Source: a virus. From it: 64,000 nt of DNA. The stretch is from the IMG/VR virus record IMGVR_UViG_3300042455_000638; one strand, given 5' to 3'. Position numbers and translations under genes: made by a program. Positions 53,555-62,985 of the stretch are shown here, piece after piece (the first letter of the stretch is position 1; every line of letters starts with the position of its first letter). The notes beneath the pieces were generated by a model, which worked only from the letters and a program-made list of their open reading frames with translations, did not search any database and was not told the origin of the DNA.

Positions 53555-53851
53555 GTGCCAGACACCGACAGGGAGCCTTGGTGGGGCCGGGTCATTGAGA
53601 GCTTGACCAAGTATATCACCGCTCAGACGTTCAACAACGCACTGCTGCTGACAATCATATTCGGCGGGGCGTACGTTTGTATCAAGCTCGTCCCGATCCA
53701 TCTCACCCAGATCCAGAGCGGGTATGAGAGAGAAGGTGCCGCCAACCGAGCATTGATTGAACGACTTGATGAGTACCACCGTGAAGAACGAATGCAAACC
53801 TTCGAGTATTTGCGGGAGATGTGGGGTAATAAGAAAGTAGCGAGTCACTAA
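53555..53851 (+). CDS. Small membrane protein
   Basis: GTG start after GAGGGAGAG. TM segment ALLLTIIFGGAYVCIKLV. Confidence 0.4.
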   Translation: MPDTDREPWWGRVIESLTKYITAQTFNNALLLTIIFGGAYVCIKLVPIHLTQIQSGYEREGAANRALIERLDEYHREERMQTFEYLREMWGNKKVASH

Positions 53852-53884
53852 CGCTCCTGTCGTAGGGGCGAGGGAGCACGTCGT

Positions 53885-56479
53885 GTGTCTATCGCAGCAA
53901 CTGTTGTAGATCTGATTCTCGATGCAACCGCAGCAGGCAAGGCGATGCTGCTTGCGGCAAATGCTTCCGCACAGAAGGCACTGCTGTCTTTGGTGAAGGC
54001 GGACGTTGGCCTTGACAACGTAGACAACACCAGCGATGCCGCCAAGCCCGTCAGCACCGCTCAGCAGACAGCCCTTGATGCGAAGGTCACAGCCAACACC
54101 ACTATCGTTGGTGCGACTAAGACCAAGATCACCTACGACTCCAAAGGTCTGGTGACTGTAGGGGCGGATGCTACAACTGCGGATATCGCTGACTCAGCAA
54201 ACCGTCGATACGTGACCGATGCACAACAGACTGTGATCGGTAACACCAGTGGGACAAACTCCGGCGACAACGCGGTCAACACTTTGTACTCTGGCCTTGT
54301 CACCAACGCTACCCACACTGGCGATGCCACGGGTGCAACCGCGTTGACCTTGGCGACAGTCAACTCCAACGTCGGTTCCTTCGGGTCAGCAACCCAGTCA
54401 GCGGCCGTTACCGTCAACGCCAAAGGTTTGGTTACCGCAGCCAGTGCCACGACGATCACTCCCGCTATCGGATCGGTGACTGGACTTGGAACCGGGGTAG
54501 GTGCTGCCCTCGTAACAGCGGTAGGGTCAGCAGGTGCTCCCGTCGTTAACGGTGGATCCCTCGGCACGCCTGCTTCAGGCACTCTCACCAACTGCACAGG
54601 ATACCCAACGACCGGGCTCGGGCTGACATCAGGCAACCTGTCACAGTTCGCAGCCACAACATCGTTGCAGTTGGCAGGGGTGATCAGCGATGAGACGGGC
54701 AGTGGCTCCCTCGTGTTTGCCAACACCCCGACGTTGGTCACTCCTGTGTTGGGTGTGGCCACTGCCACCAGCGTAAACAAAGTTGCCATCACGGCACCAA
54801 CCACGTCGGCTACGCTCACGATCGCCAACGGTGCGACACTCACTGCATCCGCGACAGCGACTGTCAGCGGGACCAACACCGGGGACAATGCGGTTAACGC
54901 CCTGTACTCAGGGCTGGTCACCAACGCGACACATACCGGAGACGCAACAGGTGCGACCGCCCTGACCTTGGCAACAGTAAACGCCAACGTCGGTTCCTTC
55001 GGGTCAGCAACACAATCGGTTGCTTTCACGGTGAACGCCAAAGGGCTGGTGACAGCAGCCAGTGCAACCACGATCACACCCGCTATCGGGTCTGTGACTG
55101 GCTTGGGCACAGGGGTTGGTGCTGCTCTCGTAACAGCGATAGGGTCCGCAGGATCGCCCGTGCTAAACGGTGGTGCCCTTGGCACGCCAGCAAGTGGGGT
55201 TGCGACTAACCTTACCGGCACCGCGTCGGGCTTGACGGCAGGTACGGTGACGACCAACGCGAACCTGACCGGCGATGTCACGTCTGTTGGTAACGCCACG
55301 ACCCTGGCTAACTCAGGTGTGACCGCTGGCGTATACTCGATGGCGAACATAGTGGTAGATGCCAAGGGTCGCATCACTATGGCGGGTAACAGTTCGTTGG
55401 GGAACTCCTTGGTCGCCATTCAGAACATCCCGTCGATGGCTGCGGACGAGAGTATATACTACACCAGCAGTACAGTAGCAGCAGCCTACTCCCTCACTGC
55501 AGCCGCTCGTACCGTGCTTGATGATGCGACCGTTGGTGACATGGTCAACACGTTGGGTGGGGCCACTAGCACGGGCACTGGCGGACTTGTTCGCCTGAAC
55601 GCACCAACGCTTCAGGGCGGGATGCTTGTCGAAGCTGGAGGGAACTTTACTACGAACTACGGAGCCCCGGCACAACTTCGTGTACGGCGAGCCCAAGGTA
55701 CGCAAGGTGCCCCAGCACAGGCAACGTCCGGCATTCAACTCGGGATCATCGGGGCACAGGGCATGAACGATGCTCTGGCCTTTGCCGGGTACACGAGCTA
55801 CATCAGCTTTAACGCAGCACAGAACATCACGACGACTGGATGCGGTGGCTACTTCAACTTCTACACCACCCCGATCGGTTCTTTGACTGAAGTCATGCGG
55901 ACATGGGTCGGAGCGGCAGGCAACTTCGGTATCGGAGTGTTCGCAGCGGAACCATCGGCCCGACTCCACGTCATCCACACTACAGAGCAGTTACGGCTTG
56001 CGTATGACGCTTCGAACTACCTCTCGGCCACGGTGGGCTCAACGGGTGCGGTCACGTTCGACGCGGTCGGTGCAGGGGCTGCGTTCAATTTCTCGGATTC
56101 AGTCACAGTGGCAGGTTCGTTAGTCTCTGCCTCTGGTGGGGTTGGGTATGCGACGGGAGCAGGTGGCACGGTCACGCAAGCCACATCGAAAACAACCGGA
56201 GTCACCTTGAACAAGACCACCGGCACGATTACGATGAACGCTGCGGCAATGACGTACAACACCAAAGTCGCGTTTACCTTGACCAATAGTACGATTGCGG
56301 CAACTGACTTTGTACTGGTACAACATGAGTCCGGAGGTACAGTGGGATACTACTTCTGCACGGCAACTCCGGCAGCAGGGTCAGCAACGATCAACGTCTA
56401 CCTTGAAGGATTCACAGCAGGTACACTATCAGAGGCGATAGTACTAAGGTTCGTGGTTATCAAAAGTGTCAATGCTTAA
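53885..56479 (+). CDS. Tail fibre protein
   Basis: N-terminal phage tail-fibre repeat (KADVGLDNVDNTSDAAKPVSTAQQTALDAKV). Recurring D.KGLVT / DAKGRIT motifs. Internal about 200-aa tandem duplication. 864 aa. Confidence 0.8.
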   Translation: MSIAATVVDLILDATAAGKAMLLAANASAQKALLSLVKADVGLDNVDNTSDAAKPVSTAQQTALDAKVTANTTIVGATKTKITYDSKGLVTVGADATTADIADSANRRYVTDAQQTVIGNTSGTNSGDNAVNTLYSGLVTNATHTGDATGATALTLATVNSNVGSFGSATQSAAVTVNAKGLVTAASATTITPAIGSVTGLGTGVGAALVTAVGSAGAPVVNGGSLGTPASGTLTNCTGYPTTGLGLTSGNLSQFAATTSLQLAGVISDETGSGSLVFANTPTLVTPVLGVATATSVNKVAITAPTTSATLTIANGATLTASATATVSGTNTGDNAVNALYSGLVTNATHTGDATGATALTLATVNANVGSFGSATQSVAFTVNAKGLVTAASATTITPAIGSVTGLGTGVGAALVTAIGSAGSPVLNGGALGTPASGVATNLTGTASGLTAGTVTTNANLTGDVTSVGNATTLANSGVTAGVYSMANIVVDAKGRITMAGNSSLGNSLVAIQNIPSMAADESIYYTSSTVAAAYSLTAAARTVLDDATVGDMVNTLGGATSTGTGGLVRLNAPTLQGGMLVEAGGNFTTNYGAPAQLRVRRAQGTQGAPAQATSGIQLGIIGAQGMNDALAFAGYTSYISFNAAQNITTTGCGGYFNFYTTPIGSLTEVMRTWVGAAGNFGIGVFAAEPSARLHVIHTTEQLRLAYDASNYLSATVGSTGAVTFDAVGAGAAFNFSDSVTVAGSLVSASGGVGYATGAGGTVTQATSKTTGVTLNKTTGTITMNAAAMTYNTKVAFTLTNSTIAATDFVLVQHESGGTVGYYFCTATPAAGSATINVYLEGFTAGTLSEAIVLRFVVIKSVNA

Positions 56480-56502
56480 CACCCCCTTTAGGAGATTGAT
56501 CA

Positions 56503-56721
56503 GTGATCTTTACCCCAGCCGAGTTGGCCGACTTCACCACCCTGTGCGAGATCGGAGCGAAGACTATCTCACAGGACAAACCTTTGGCAGAGTCAGCCAA
56601 CGTCCAGAATACAGCGTTGAGGCTGATCCGTAAGTTGAAGGAGGCTAACGCGAAGCCACCCGCAGAAGTTCCAGAGATTCCCGAGGTAGAAAAACATGGG
56701 TCTGCAGACGATTCAGTTTGA
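56503..56721 (+). CDS. Hypothetical small protein (tail-fibre-associated)
   Basis: GTG start after AGGAG. Confidence 0.35.
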   Translation: MIFTPAELADFTTLCEIGAKTISQDKPLAESANVQNTALRLIRKLKEANAKPPAEVPEIPEVEKHGSADDSV

Positions 56722-57457
56722 GACGATTTCCCTTGCTGAGGTAGGCAGCGGCACGGTCACTGCCTTCCTTTACTCGGGTACTACTCTCGTAGCTACACTC
56801 TCCAGCATCACCGAGAATGGGACGCTGCGGGGCAGGTATACCGGCACGACTTTGGATGTGCCCGCCGCCACGTACCGTGTGGTCATCAAGTTCAACGGCA
56901 TCACCATCAGCGAGCCCACTCAGCAGGTCGTGTTGCTGTTGGCAACAGGCACCTACGTCGTGTCGAGTGGAGTGGCGGGCGATGCTACCGCTGCCAACCA
57001 AGACACTATCATCGGCCTCATCAACAACTACGCATCTTCGGCCTTGGCCGGAATTGAATTCACGCCAGGAGTAATCATGAACTTTCCAACCACGTTGAAC
57101 ATCGGGGATAGTTACACCGACGCGACCAACTCATCCATCCACGTTTTCATCCGGGATGCAAACGATGTTCCTATCACATCGGTTGGAGACTTCGACTTTC
57201 TGGACGCCGAGTTCGAGCCCGAGGTGGTGATAACTCAGTCAGGAACAGTCGGCCGGGTGAAGGCAACCGTGTCTTACGTGGACCCCGGAGCGACCGAGTC
57301 GTACCTGAACGTGGAAATTCCGTCCAGCCAGTCTCGGCGGGCGTCACCTGGTGCCGCGACCGTTCAGTGTATCCTGCGATGGGTAGACACTGATGGTAAA
57401 GTTCTTGCTCAGAAGACGCTGTCCATGCAGGCTGTTACCTGGAATGAGATGGTCTGA
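56696..57457 (+). CDS. Hypothetical beta-type virion protein (253 aa)
   Basis: ATG 56696 after GAGGTAGA. Confidence 0.45.
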   Translation: MGLQTIQFETISLAEVGSGTVTAFLYSGTTLVATLSSITENGTLRGRYTGTTLDVPAATYRVVIKFNGITISEPTQQVVLLLATGTYVVSSGVAGDATAANQDTIIGLINNYASSALAGIEFTPGVIMNFPTTLNIGDSYTDATNSSIHVFIRDANDVPITSVGDFDFLDAEFEPEVVITQSGTVGRVKATVSYVDPGATESYLNVEIPSSQSRRASPGAATVQCILRWVDTDGKVLAQKTLSMQAVTWNEMV

Positions 57458-57475
57458 GAAAGTTTACAAAATCTG

Positions 57476-57504
57476 TTGACAGGTTTTGTGGACTCAGCTA
57501 GAGT
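57476..57504 (+). promoter_or_regulatory. Sigma70-type promoter TTGACA-17-TAGAGT for the replication/recombination operon
   Basis: -35 at 57476-57481 and -10 at 57499-57504. About 30 nt upstream of the GGAGGTG RBS of the gene at 57536. Confidence 0.5.
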
Positions 57505-57535
57505 ACCTCCGTCCCGATTTCACTGGAGGTGCTTT

Positions 57536-58210
57536 ATGCAAGTGACTATCACGTTGGGACTGGAGGAGTTGAAACTCCTGCCGGAAGAACTCCGGCAGAA
57601 GATCCAATCGTCATTGGGTCTACCAGTCGTTACCCCGCAGCAAGTTACGCAGGCGTACGTTCAACAAGCCGTACCGGAGATCCTGCAACCCGCTGTCACA
57701 GTTGTGCCGGGCCAGTACCCAGCTCCGGCTTTCACGCCACCGGCTCAGCAGGCGATGCCTACCTTCGCACCACCAGTGCAGCAGGTAGCCCCGCCTCAGT
57801 CCATGCCAGCCCCGCCTATCAAACAAGCGGTGGTACAGAATGGCATTCCGACATTCACTGCTAGCAGAGGTGGTCTCGACCAGCAATCTGTTGCCATTGA
57901 TGTCCTGAGCAACCAACCGGTTTCTCCGGCGACACCATCATCGGCCCCGGTCATGCCTCAGTTCAACCAGGCTCCACTCACTGTGGCTCCTGTGACAACT
58001 GGTGTAGCGGCTATGGCGTCAATGCCTAGTGTTACCATCGACCCCGGTACGGTACGAGCTGCCGCCATCCGTACGCATAACAACGTACCGAACGGTAAAC
58101 AGATCGTGGCCGCAGCTCAGACGGCGAGTGGTGTGTCAATCGCTGGGCTTGATGCCAGCAATGCTCACCTGTTGGCGAACGCTCTCCGTCAGCAGGGAGT
58201 TGAGGTATGA
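57536..58210 (+). CDS. Pro/Gln-rich hypothetical protein, first gene of replication/recombination operon
   Basis: ATG 57536 after GGAGGTG. Directly downstream of the TTGACA-17-TAGAGT promoter. Confidence 0.45.
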   Translation: MQVTITLGLEELKLLPEELRQKIQSSLGLPVVTPQQVTQAYVQQAVPEILQPAVTVVPGQYPAPAFTPPAQQAMPTFAPPVQQVAPPQSMPAPPIKQAVVQNGIPTFTASRGGLDQQSVAIDVLSNQPVSPATPSSAPVMPQFNQAPLTVAPVTTGVAAMASMPSVTIDPGTVRAAAIRTHNNVPNGKQIVAAAQTASGVSIAGLDASNAHLLANALRQQGVEV

Positions 58211-59427
58211 GTGGCAAGCACTACCTGCTGGGACCGTCAAGTCTCCCTCGCATTCTGAACTGCATGGGTTCGCTGTACGGTCCGTATGTTCCAGACAAGC
58301 CGTCTTCTGCGGCCGAGGAGGGAACAACCTGCCACTCGTTGCTGGAGTTCTGCCTGACGTGGGGAGCTAACCCTCGTGATATGTTGGGCAGCAAAGACTT
58401 CGATGAGCGGTACCCTATCACAATCGAAATGATTGAAGGGGTTGAGCTGTTCATTGACACCGCACGGGCGGTCTGTACCGAGTTCGGTATTGACCCCACA
58501 GCCATCGTGTCCGAGCAGAAGCTGGTCCACCAGTCTATCCCGAATGAAATGTTCGGTGGTACGTCTGACTGCATCATCCCCGGCGACGACACGTTGGTCA
58601 TCATGGACCTGAAGTACGGACACAAGCCAGTGTTCGCAGACTCAGTCCAGTTGACGGCGTACTCACTGCTTGCGTTGGCGTCACTCGGCCGTACGTTCGG
58701 GAGGGTGGTACAGATCATCGTTCAGCCACGGTGTAACCCACCAGTGAGCCGGTACGAACCGGGTGCTGACGAGTTGACGAAGGTCTGGGGTCAGATCACA
58801 ACGGCAGCCCAGTTCGTTCTTGACAACCCGGACATGACTGTACCTAAGCCCGACATGTTGAAGGCGGGTGACTGGTGTAAGTACTGCCGACGTAAGGACG
58901 GCTGCAAAGCCCGAGAAGAACTTGTCACTGACTTCGTGGAGATTTCAACCTTCACGAATCCGAATGACATGACGTTGCTGGCCACGCCGACCACCGATCT
59001 GGCTACTGACCAACTGGTCAAGTACATGCAGATGTTCGACGTGGTCAAGGACTTCATGAAAGGTGTCGTGGTCGACCTGGTTAACCGTGCGTCGAAAGGC
59101 GAAGCGATACCCGGCCACAAGCTGATCCTGAAGTACAGTAACCGAGAGTACGTTGAAGACGAAGAGGCTATCCGTAAGAAGGTACCACGAGTCTTCAAGG
59201 GAATCGCAGCCAAAGATATTACGGAGCAGTCCGTGGTATCGGTGGCGAAGTTGGAGAAACTCCTCAAAGAGAAAGGTCTCTGGGCGGAGTACAAGGACAA
59301 GTTCAACAAACTTGTCAGGTCAAAACCCGTGGGCGTCAAATTGGTTGATGCCCGTGCTCGTGGTGAAGAAGTTCGTCCCGAGACAGCTACAGAGTTGATT
59401 CAAGCAATGGAGTCGTCAGATGAGTAA
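58207..59427 (+). CDS. Cas4-like PD-(D/E)xK nuclease with 4-Cys cluster (DUF2800-like)
   Basis: GTTCHSLLE (first Cys), DCIIPGDD...IMDLKYG (D...D-x-K) and C-terminal CKYCRRKDGC. Adjacent to the DUF2815-like and PolA genes as in known phage modules. Confidence 0.55.
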   Translation: MSGKHYLLGPSSLPRILNCMGSLYGPYVPDKPSSAAEEGTTCHSLLEFCLTWGANPRDMLGSKDFDERYPITIEMIEGVELFIDTARAVCTEFGIDPTAIVSEQKLVHQSIPNEMFGGTSDCIIPGDDTLVIMDLKYGHKPVFADSVQLTAYSLLALASLGRTFGRVVQIIVQPRCNPPVSRYEPGADELTKVWGQITTAAQFVLDNPDMTVPKPDMLKAGDWCKYCRRKDGCKAREELVTDFVEISTFTNPNDMTLLATPTTDLATDQLVKYMQMFDVVKDFMKGVVVDLVNRASKGEAIPGHKLILKYSNREYVEDEEAIRKKVPRVFKGIAAKDITEQSVVSVAKLEKLLKEKGLWAEYKDKFNKLVRSKPVGVKLVDARARGEEVRPETATELIQAMESSDE

Positions 59428-60235
59428 CACGTTCGGTCCCCCACCTGGAGTTAACCCAGCTATGCCAGCAGCCAGCAGTGCCCCACAACAGCCTGCTACT
59501 ATGGCCGTAGATCCGACCCGGGTAACGGTTGGTCCCTTGGTTATCAGTTACCCCAACCTGTTCATCCCTCGCCGGAAGGACGCGAAGGACCCCAACAGTC
59601 CGTTGATGTACTCTGCTGAGTTCATCTGCTTCGCTGAGAACCCAGCGTACCCGGTGATCGCACAGAAACTGATGGCTGCTGCCGAGGCTGTCTGTCAGGA
59701 GAAGTTCAAGAAGTCCATCAACACGATGGAGAAGCAACCACTTCGGTCTATCAAGATCCGACCGGGTCACGAGAACCGGGATGGTTTCTTCTTCGGAGCC
59801 AACAGCAACGCCCAGTACGGAAAGCCGAACGTGTTCGTCGGCAACCCCGCTGTACCTGTTGTTGACCCGGACCTGATCTACCCGGGTGCCATCGTATACG
59901 TCAGCGTCAAAGCTGGTGCGTACGAGTCCAACGGCAACAAGGGTGTCAAGTTCTACTTGAACTCGGTTCTGAAGTGTGCCGATGGTACGCCTCTGGTCGC
60001 CCCACGAGACGCTACGAAGGACTTTGCTGACGTCATGGGCGAGATCCCAGCGTCCGCATTCGCCCCTCCAGCGGCACCGCAGGGGTACGCCATGCCACCG
60101 GCCGCACCGCCGATGCCGGGCTACCCACCGGCCGCTGCGGGTTTCCCGCAGGGGTACGCAGCTCCTCCGGTTCACCCGGGGTATCCGCCAGCGGCACCGC
60201 CGATGCCGGGCTACGCTTACCCACCTCAGCACTAA
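59420..60235 (+). CDS. DUF2815-like single-strand DNA-binding protein with Pro-rich C-terminal tail
   Basis: N-terminal RVTVGPLVISYPNLFIPRRKD matches the DUF2815 signature (..LS.P.LF.P). Followed by a terminator. Confidence 0.45.
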   Translation: MSNTFGPPPGVNPAMPAASSAPQQPATMAVDPTRVTVGPLVISYPNLFIPRRKDAKDPNSPLMYSAEFICFAENPAYPVIAQKLMAAAEAVCQEKFKKSINTMEKQPLRSIKIRPGHENRDGFFFGANSNAQYGKPNVFVGNPAVPVVDPDLIYPGAIVYVSVKAGAYESNGNKGVKFYLNSVLKCADGTPLVAPRDATKDFADVMGEIPASAFAPPAAPQGYAMPPAAPPMPGYPPAAAGFPQGYAAPPVHPGYPPAAPPMPGYAYPPQH

Positions 60236-60246
60236 TGACTCAGGGT

Positions 60247-60276
60247 GTGGCCGGGTTCGCCCGGCCACGCCTTCTT
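60247..60276 (+). terminator. Intrinsic terminator (UUCG tetraloop)
   Basis: GTGGCCGGG-TTCG-CCCGGCCAC followed by GCCTTCTT. Confidence 0.55.
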
Positions 60277-60287
60277 AGGAGGTCGAG

Positions 60288-60524
60288 ATGGAGCTGATAC
60301 GAACCGAGGTAACCATCACGGTTATTGACCACGAAGAGACCGGCAAACTTATCCGCACCTGCAGGCGGGCTTACGAGCTGAACGCAGACGTGGTATCGAA
60401 AGCAGCCGGTATCTCCAAGTCATACCTGATGATGCTGGAGTGCGGCGATAGACCTTGGACAGACCCTCTGTTCAAGAAAGTGTTCAAGGCTTTACAGAAG
60501 TTGACAGGAAAAAAGAATCCATGA
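60288..60524 (+). CDS. Small HTH (XRE-like) protein
   Basis: VSKAAGISKSYLMMLECGDR is HTH-like. Located upstream of polA. Confidence 0.4.
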   Translation: MELIRTEVTITVIDHEETGKLIRTCRRAYELNADVVSKAAGISKSYLMMLECGDRPWTDPLFKKVFKALQKLTGKKNP

Positions 60525-62596
60525 GTTGGTCCCCCAGATATCTGATCATGGACTTCGAGACCCGGTCTCCGATTGATCTCAAGGCATACTCCACTGTCAG
60601 GTATGCGAGTCACCCGGAGACCGGTATTCTTTGCGTGGGTCTGAAGTGGAACGACCGCCCAGCTACAGCACTGGCCCCGAACAAGGGCAAGTGGGTACTC
60701 GACGGGACCGAAAGACCAATCGAGTTGATGCACGCAATCGAACACAACATACCGATCGTAGTTCACAACCTGTCGTTTGAGAAGCGGATGTACCACCACG
60801 TCTGCGTCAAGCGATGGGGGTGGCCAGCGATACCTGATAGGCTGTGGCATGACACCGCAGCTATCTGCAGGTACTACGCCGTACCAGCGAGACTGGTCGA
60901 GGCTGCCAAGGCACTTGGCCTTGACGCACAGAAAGACATGGAGGGTAACCGGATCATGCTTCAACTGAGCAAGCCGCGTAAGCCCCGCAAGAAAGAAATA
61001 TCCGATTGGTTGAAGCACAACCCGTCGATCGACAACATGCCAACCCTGTGGTGGGAAGACCAGGCCAAGCTGGACCGGGTCGTTGAGTACTGCCAGCAGG
61101 ACTTGGTTACGCAGGAGGAACTGTACCTTCGGCTGGGACCACTACCTCCCCAACGTGAGGCTGAGTGGCGGTTCGACGACATGGTCAATGAGCGTGGTGT
61201 ACCCGTCGACTGGGGCGGCCTTGTCACTGCGATGGATCTCATCGACAGATCAATGGCTGAGTACAACAACGAGTTGCGAACCATCACAGCCACACCCGCG
61301 TACCCTGACGGCGTAGTCCAGGCCGTTACCCAGCGTAAGAAGATCCTTGACTTCTGCGACCTGATGGGGTGGGCGATGGTGTCAACAAACAAAGAATCGG
61401 TGGAGGACGCATTAGCCTCCCCGAGTCTGCCTGTCAAGGTGCGTCAGGTCTTGCAGATTGTACAAGCCGCAGGCAAGTCCTCGCTCGGTAAGGTCGAGAC
61501 GATGATTGACTTGACCGATGACGACTCACGTATCAGAGACAGCCTGGCGTGGCATGGTGCCGCGACCGGACGTAAGGCTGGCCGAGGTATGCAACCTCAG
61601 AACTTTCCGAGGGATGTGCTCGATGAAAAAGAAGCAGACATCTTCCATGAATCATTACGAGAGGTGGACCCTTACTCCCACGTTTCTGCGTTGGCTGCGT
61701 TCGCGGACACGTCCGTACCCGACATGGTGTCGTCAGCTCTACGCTCATTCATTTGTGCTGAACCCGGCAAGAAACTTTTCGTCTCCGACTTCAGTAACAT
61801 CGAAACCAGAAACCTTGCCTGGGTAGCCAACTGCAAACTGCTGAACGAGGCTTTCTCCACAGGCAAGTGTCCCTATAGGCAGTTCGCCAGTCGTGTGTAC
61901 AACATCCGGCCTGACGACATCGCCAAGGGGTCACAGGAAAGACAACTGGGCAAGGTGGCAGTGCTTGGTCTGGGGTATGGTATGGGCCACCAGAAGTTCA
62001 GAGACACAGCAGGGGCTCCACCATACAACATCGAGCTGCCAGAAGACCGAGCTAAAGAGATCGTCAAGCTGTACCGTGAGACGTACCCGGAGGTACCTAC
62101 TTTCTGGCGGCTCTGCGAAGACGCATTCACCAAGGCTATCAACGAGAAGTCTTCAGTACCTGTCGGCCGCGTAACCTTCGGGGCCACAGCCGAATGGGGT
62201 TGGATCGTTCTGCCTTCTAGCCGAGCTATCTGGATGAGGGAGCCACGAGTTGGTCGTGTACCTGATCGTTGGCGAGAGGGTAAGACCAGGCTTGAGATAT
62301 CCTACATGGGTATCGACAGCAAGACGAAGCAGTGGGTCCGCAGGTCTACGTACGGAGGATCACTGGTCGAGTCCATCTGTCAAGCCATCGCTGCTGACCT
62401 GTTGCAGGAGGCGATGCACCGGATGGAAGCCAATGGGTTCCCGATGATCTTGTCAGTGCATGACGAGTTGGTCGGTGAAGCACCAGAGCATGAGAGCGTG
62501 GACCGGTTCCACGAGTTGATGAGGGTACGACCGGGTTGGGCACATGACCTGCCGGTCGAGTGTGAGAGCCATGCGAGCAGGAGGTACGGAAAGTAA
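60521..62596 (+). CDS. polA: Family A DNA polymerase with 3'-5' exonuclease domain
   Basis: Exo I motif LIMDFETRS. Pol motif C LSVHDELVGEAP. YGGSLVESICQAIAADLL (motif B region). ATG 60521 after AGGAAA. Confidence 0.75.
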   Translation: MSWSPRYLIMDFETRSPIDLKAYSTVRYASHPETGILCVGLKWNDRPATALAPNKGKWVLDGTERPIELMHAIEHNIPIVVHNLSFEKRMYHHVCVKRWGWPAIPDRLWHDTAAICRYYAVPARLVEAAKALGLDAQKDMEGNRIMLQLSKPRKPRKKEISDWLKHNPSIDNMPTLWWEDQAKLDRVVEYCQQDLVTQEELYLRLGPLPPQREAEWRFDDMVNERGVPVDWGGLVTAMDLIDRSMAEYNNELRTITATPAYPDGVVQAVTQRKKILDFCDLMGWAMVSTNKESVEDALASPSLPVKVRQVLQIVQAAGKSSLGKVETMIDLTDDDSRIRDSLAWHGAATGRKAGRGMQPQNFPRDVLDEKEADIFHESLREVDPYSHVSALAAFADTSVPDMVSSALRSFICAEPGKKLFVSDFSNIETRNLAWVANCKLLNEAFSTGKCPYRQFASRVYNIRPDDIAKGSQERQLGKVAVLGLGYGMGHQKFRDTAGAPPYNIELPEDRAKEIVKLYRETYPEVPTFWRLCEDAFTKAINEKSSVPVGRVTFGATAEWGWIVLPSSRAIWMREPRVGRVPDRWREGKTRLEISYMGIDSKTKQWVRRSTYGGSLVESICQAIAADLLQEAMHRMEANGFPMILSVHDELVGEAPEHESVDRFHELMRVRPGWAHDLPVECESHASRRYGK

Positions 62597-62985
62597 TGGC
62601 CGGACCCGAGAAACGAATTGAAGCTGCCTTCGCCAAGTGGGGACGAGACCAAGGACTGTTCGTCCTGAAGCTGGCAGCCCAAGGTGTCACCGGCTTTCCA
62701 GACAGGACGGTCATTCTGCCGGGCGGCAGGCTGATCTGCATTGAGTTCAAGTCCCCGACAGGTAAGACCAGCAAAGTTCAAGACCAACGTATCGCAGCAC
62801 TGCGTGCGTTAGGCGTGCCAGTTCTGGTTACGAGTGAGTTGACCGTAGCTAAAGATTTTGTAAAAGGGTATGTCGATGAAGTTAGGAGCGGACAAGGAAG
62901 CCCCAAAGCTGTGGGTTCCACACAAGTACCAGCAAACCGCAGTGCAGTTCCTCCACGAAAGGACAAGCCTCAACCCAGACGGTGA
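62596..62985 (+). CDS. VRR-NUC domain nuclease
   Basis: GFPDRTVILPGGRLICIEFKSPTGK carries the D...E-x-K PD-(D/E)xK core of VRR-NUC. The 3' third overlaps the SNF2 start, so the true C-terminus is uncertain. Confidence 0.5.
   Translation: MAGPEKRIEAAFAKWGRDQGLFVLKLAAQGVTGFPDRTVILPGGRLICIEFKSPTGKTSKVQDQRIAALRALGVPVLVTSELTVAKDFVKGYVDEVRSGQGSPKAVGSTQVPANRSAVPPRKDKPQPRR

Noticed and set aside
54133-55419. 428-aa minus-strand ORF antisense to the tail-fibre gene
   Set aside because: Low-complexity A/P/V/T translation that mirrors the Gly/Ala/Thr-rich fibre repeats. It is fully contained in a high-confidence plus-strand gene and has no RBS.
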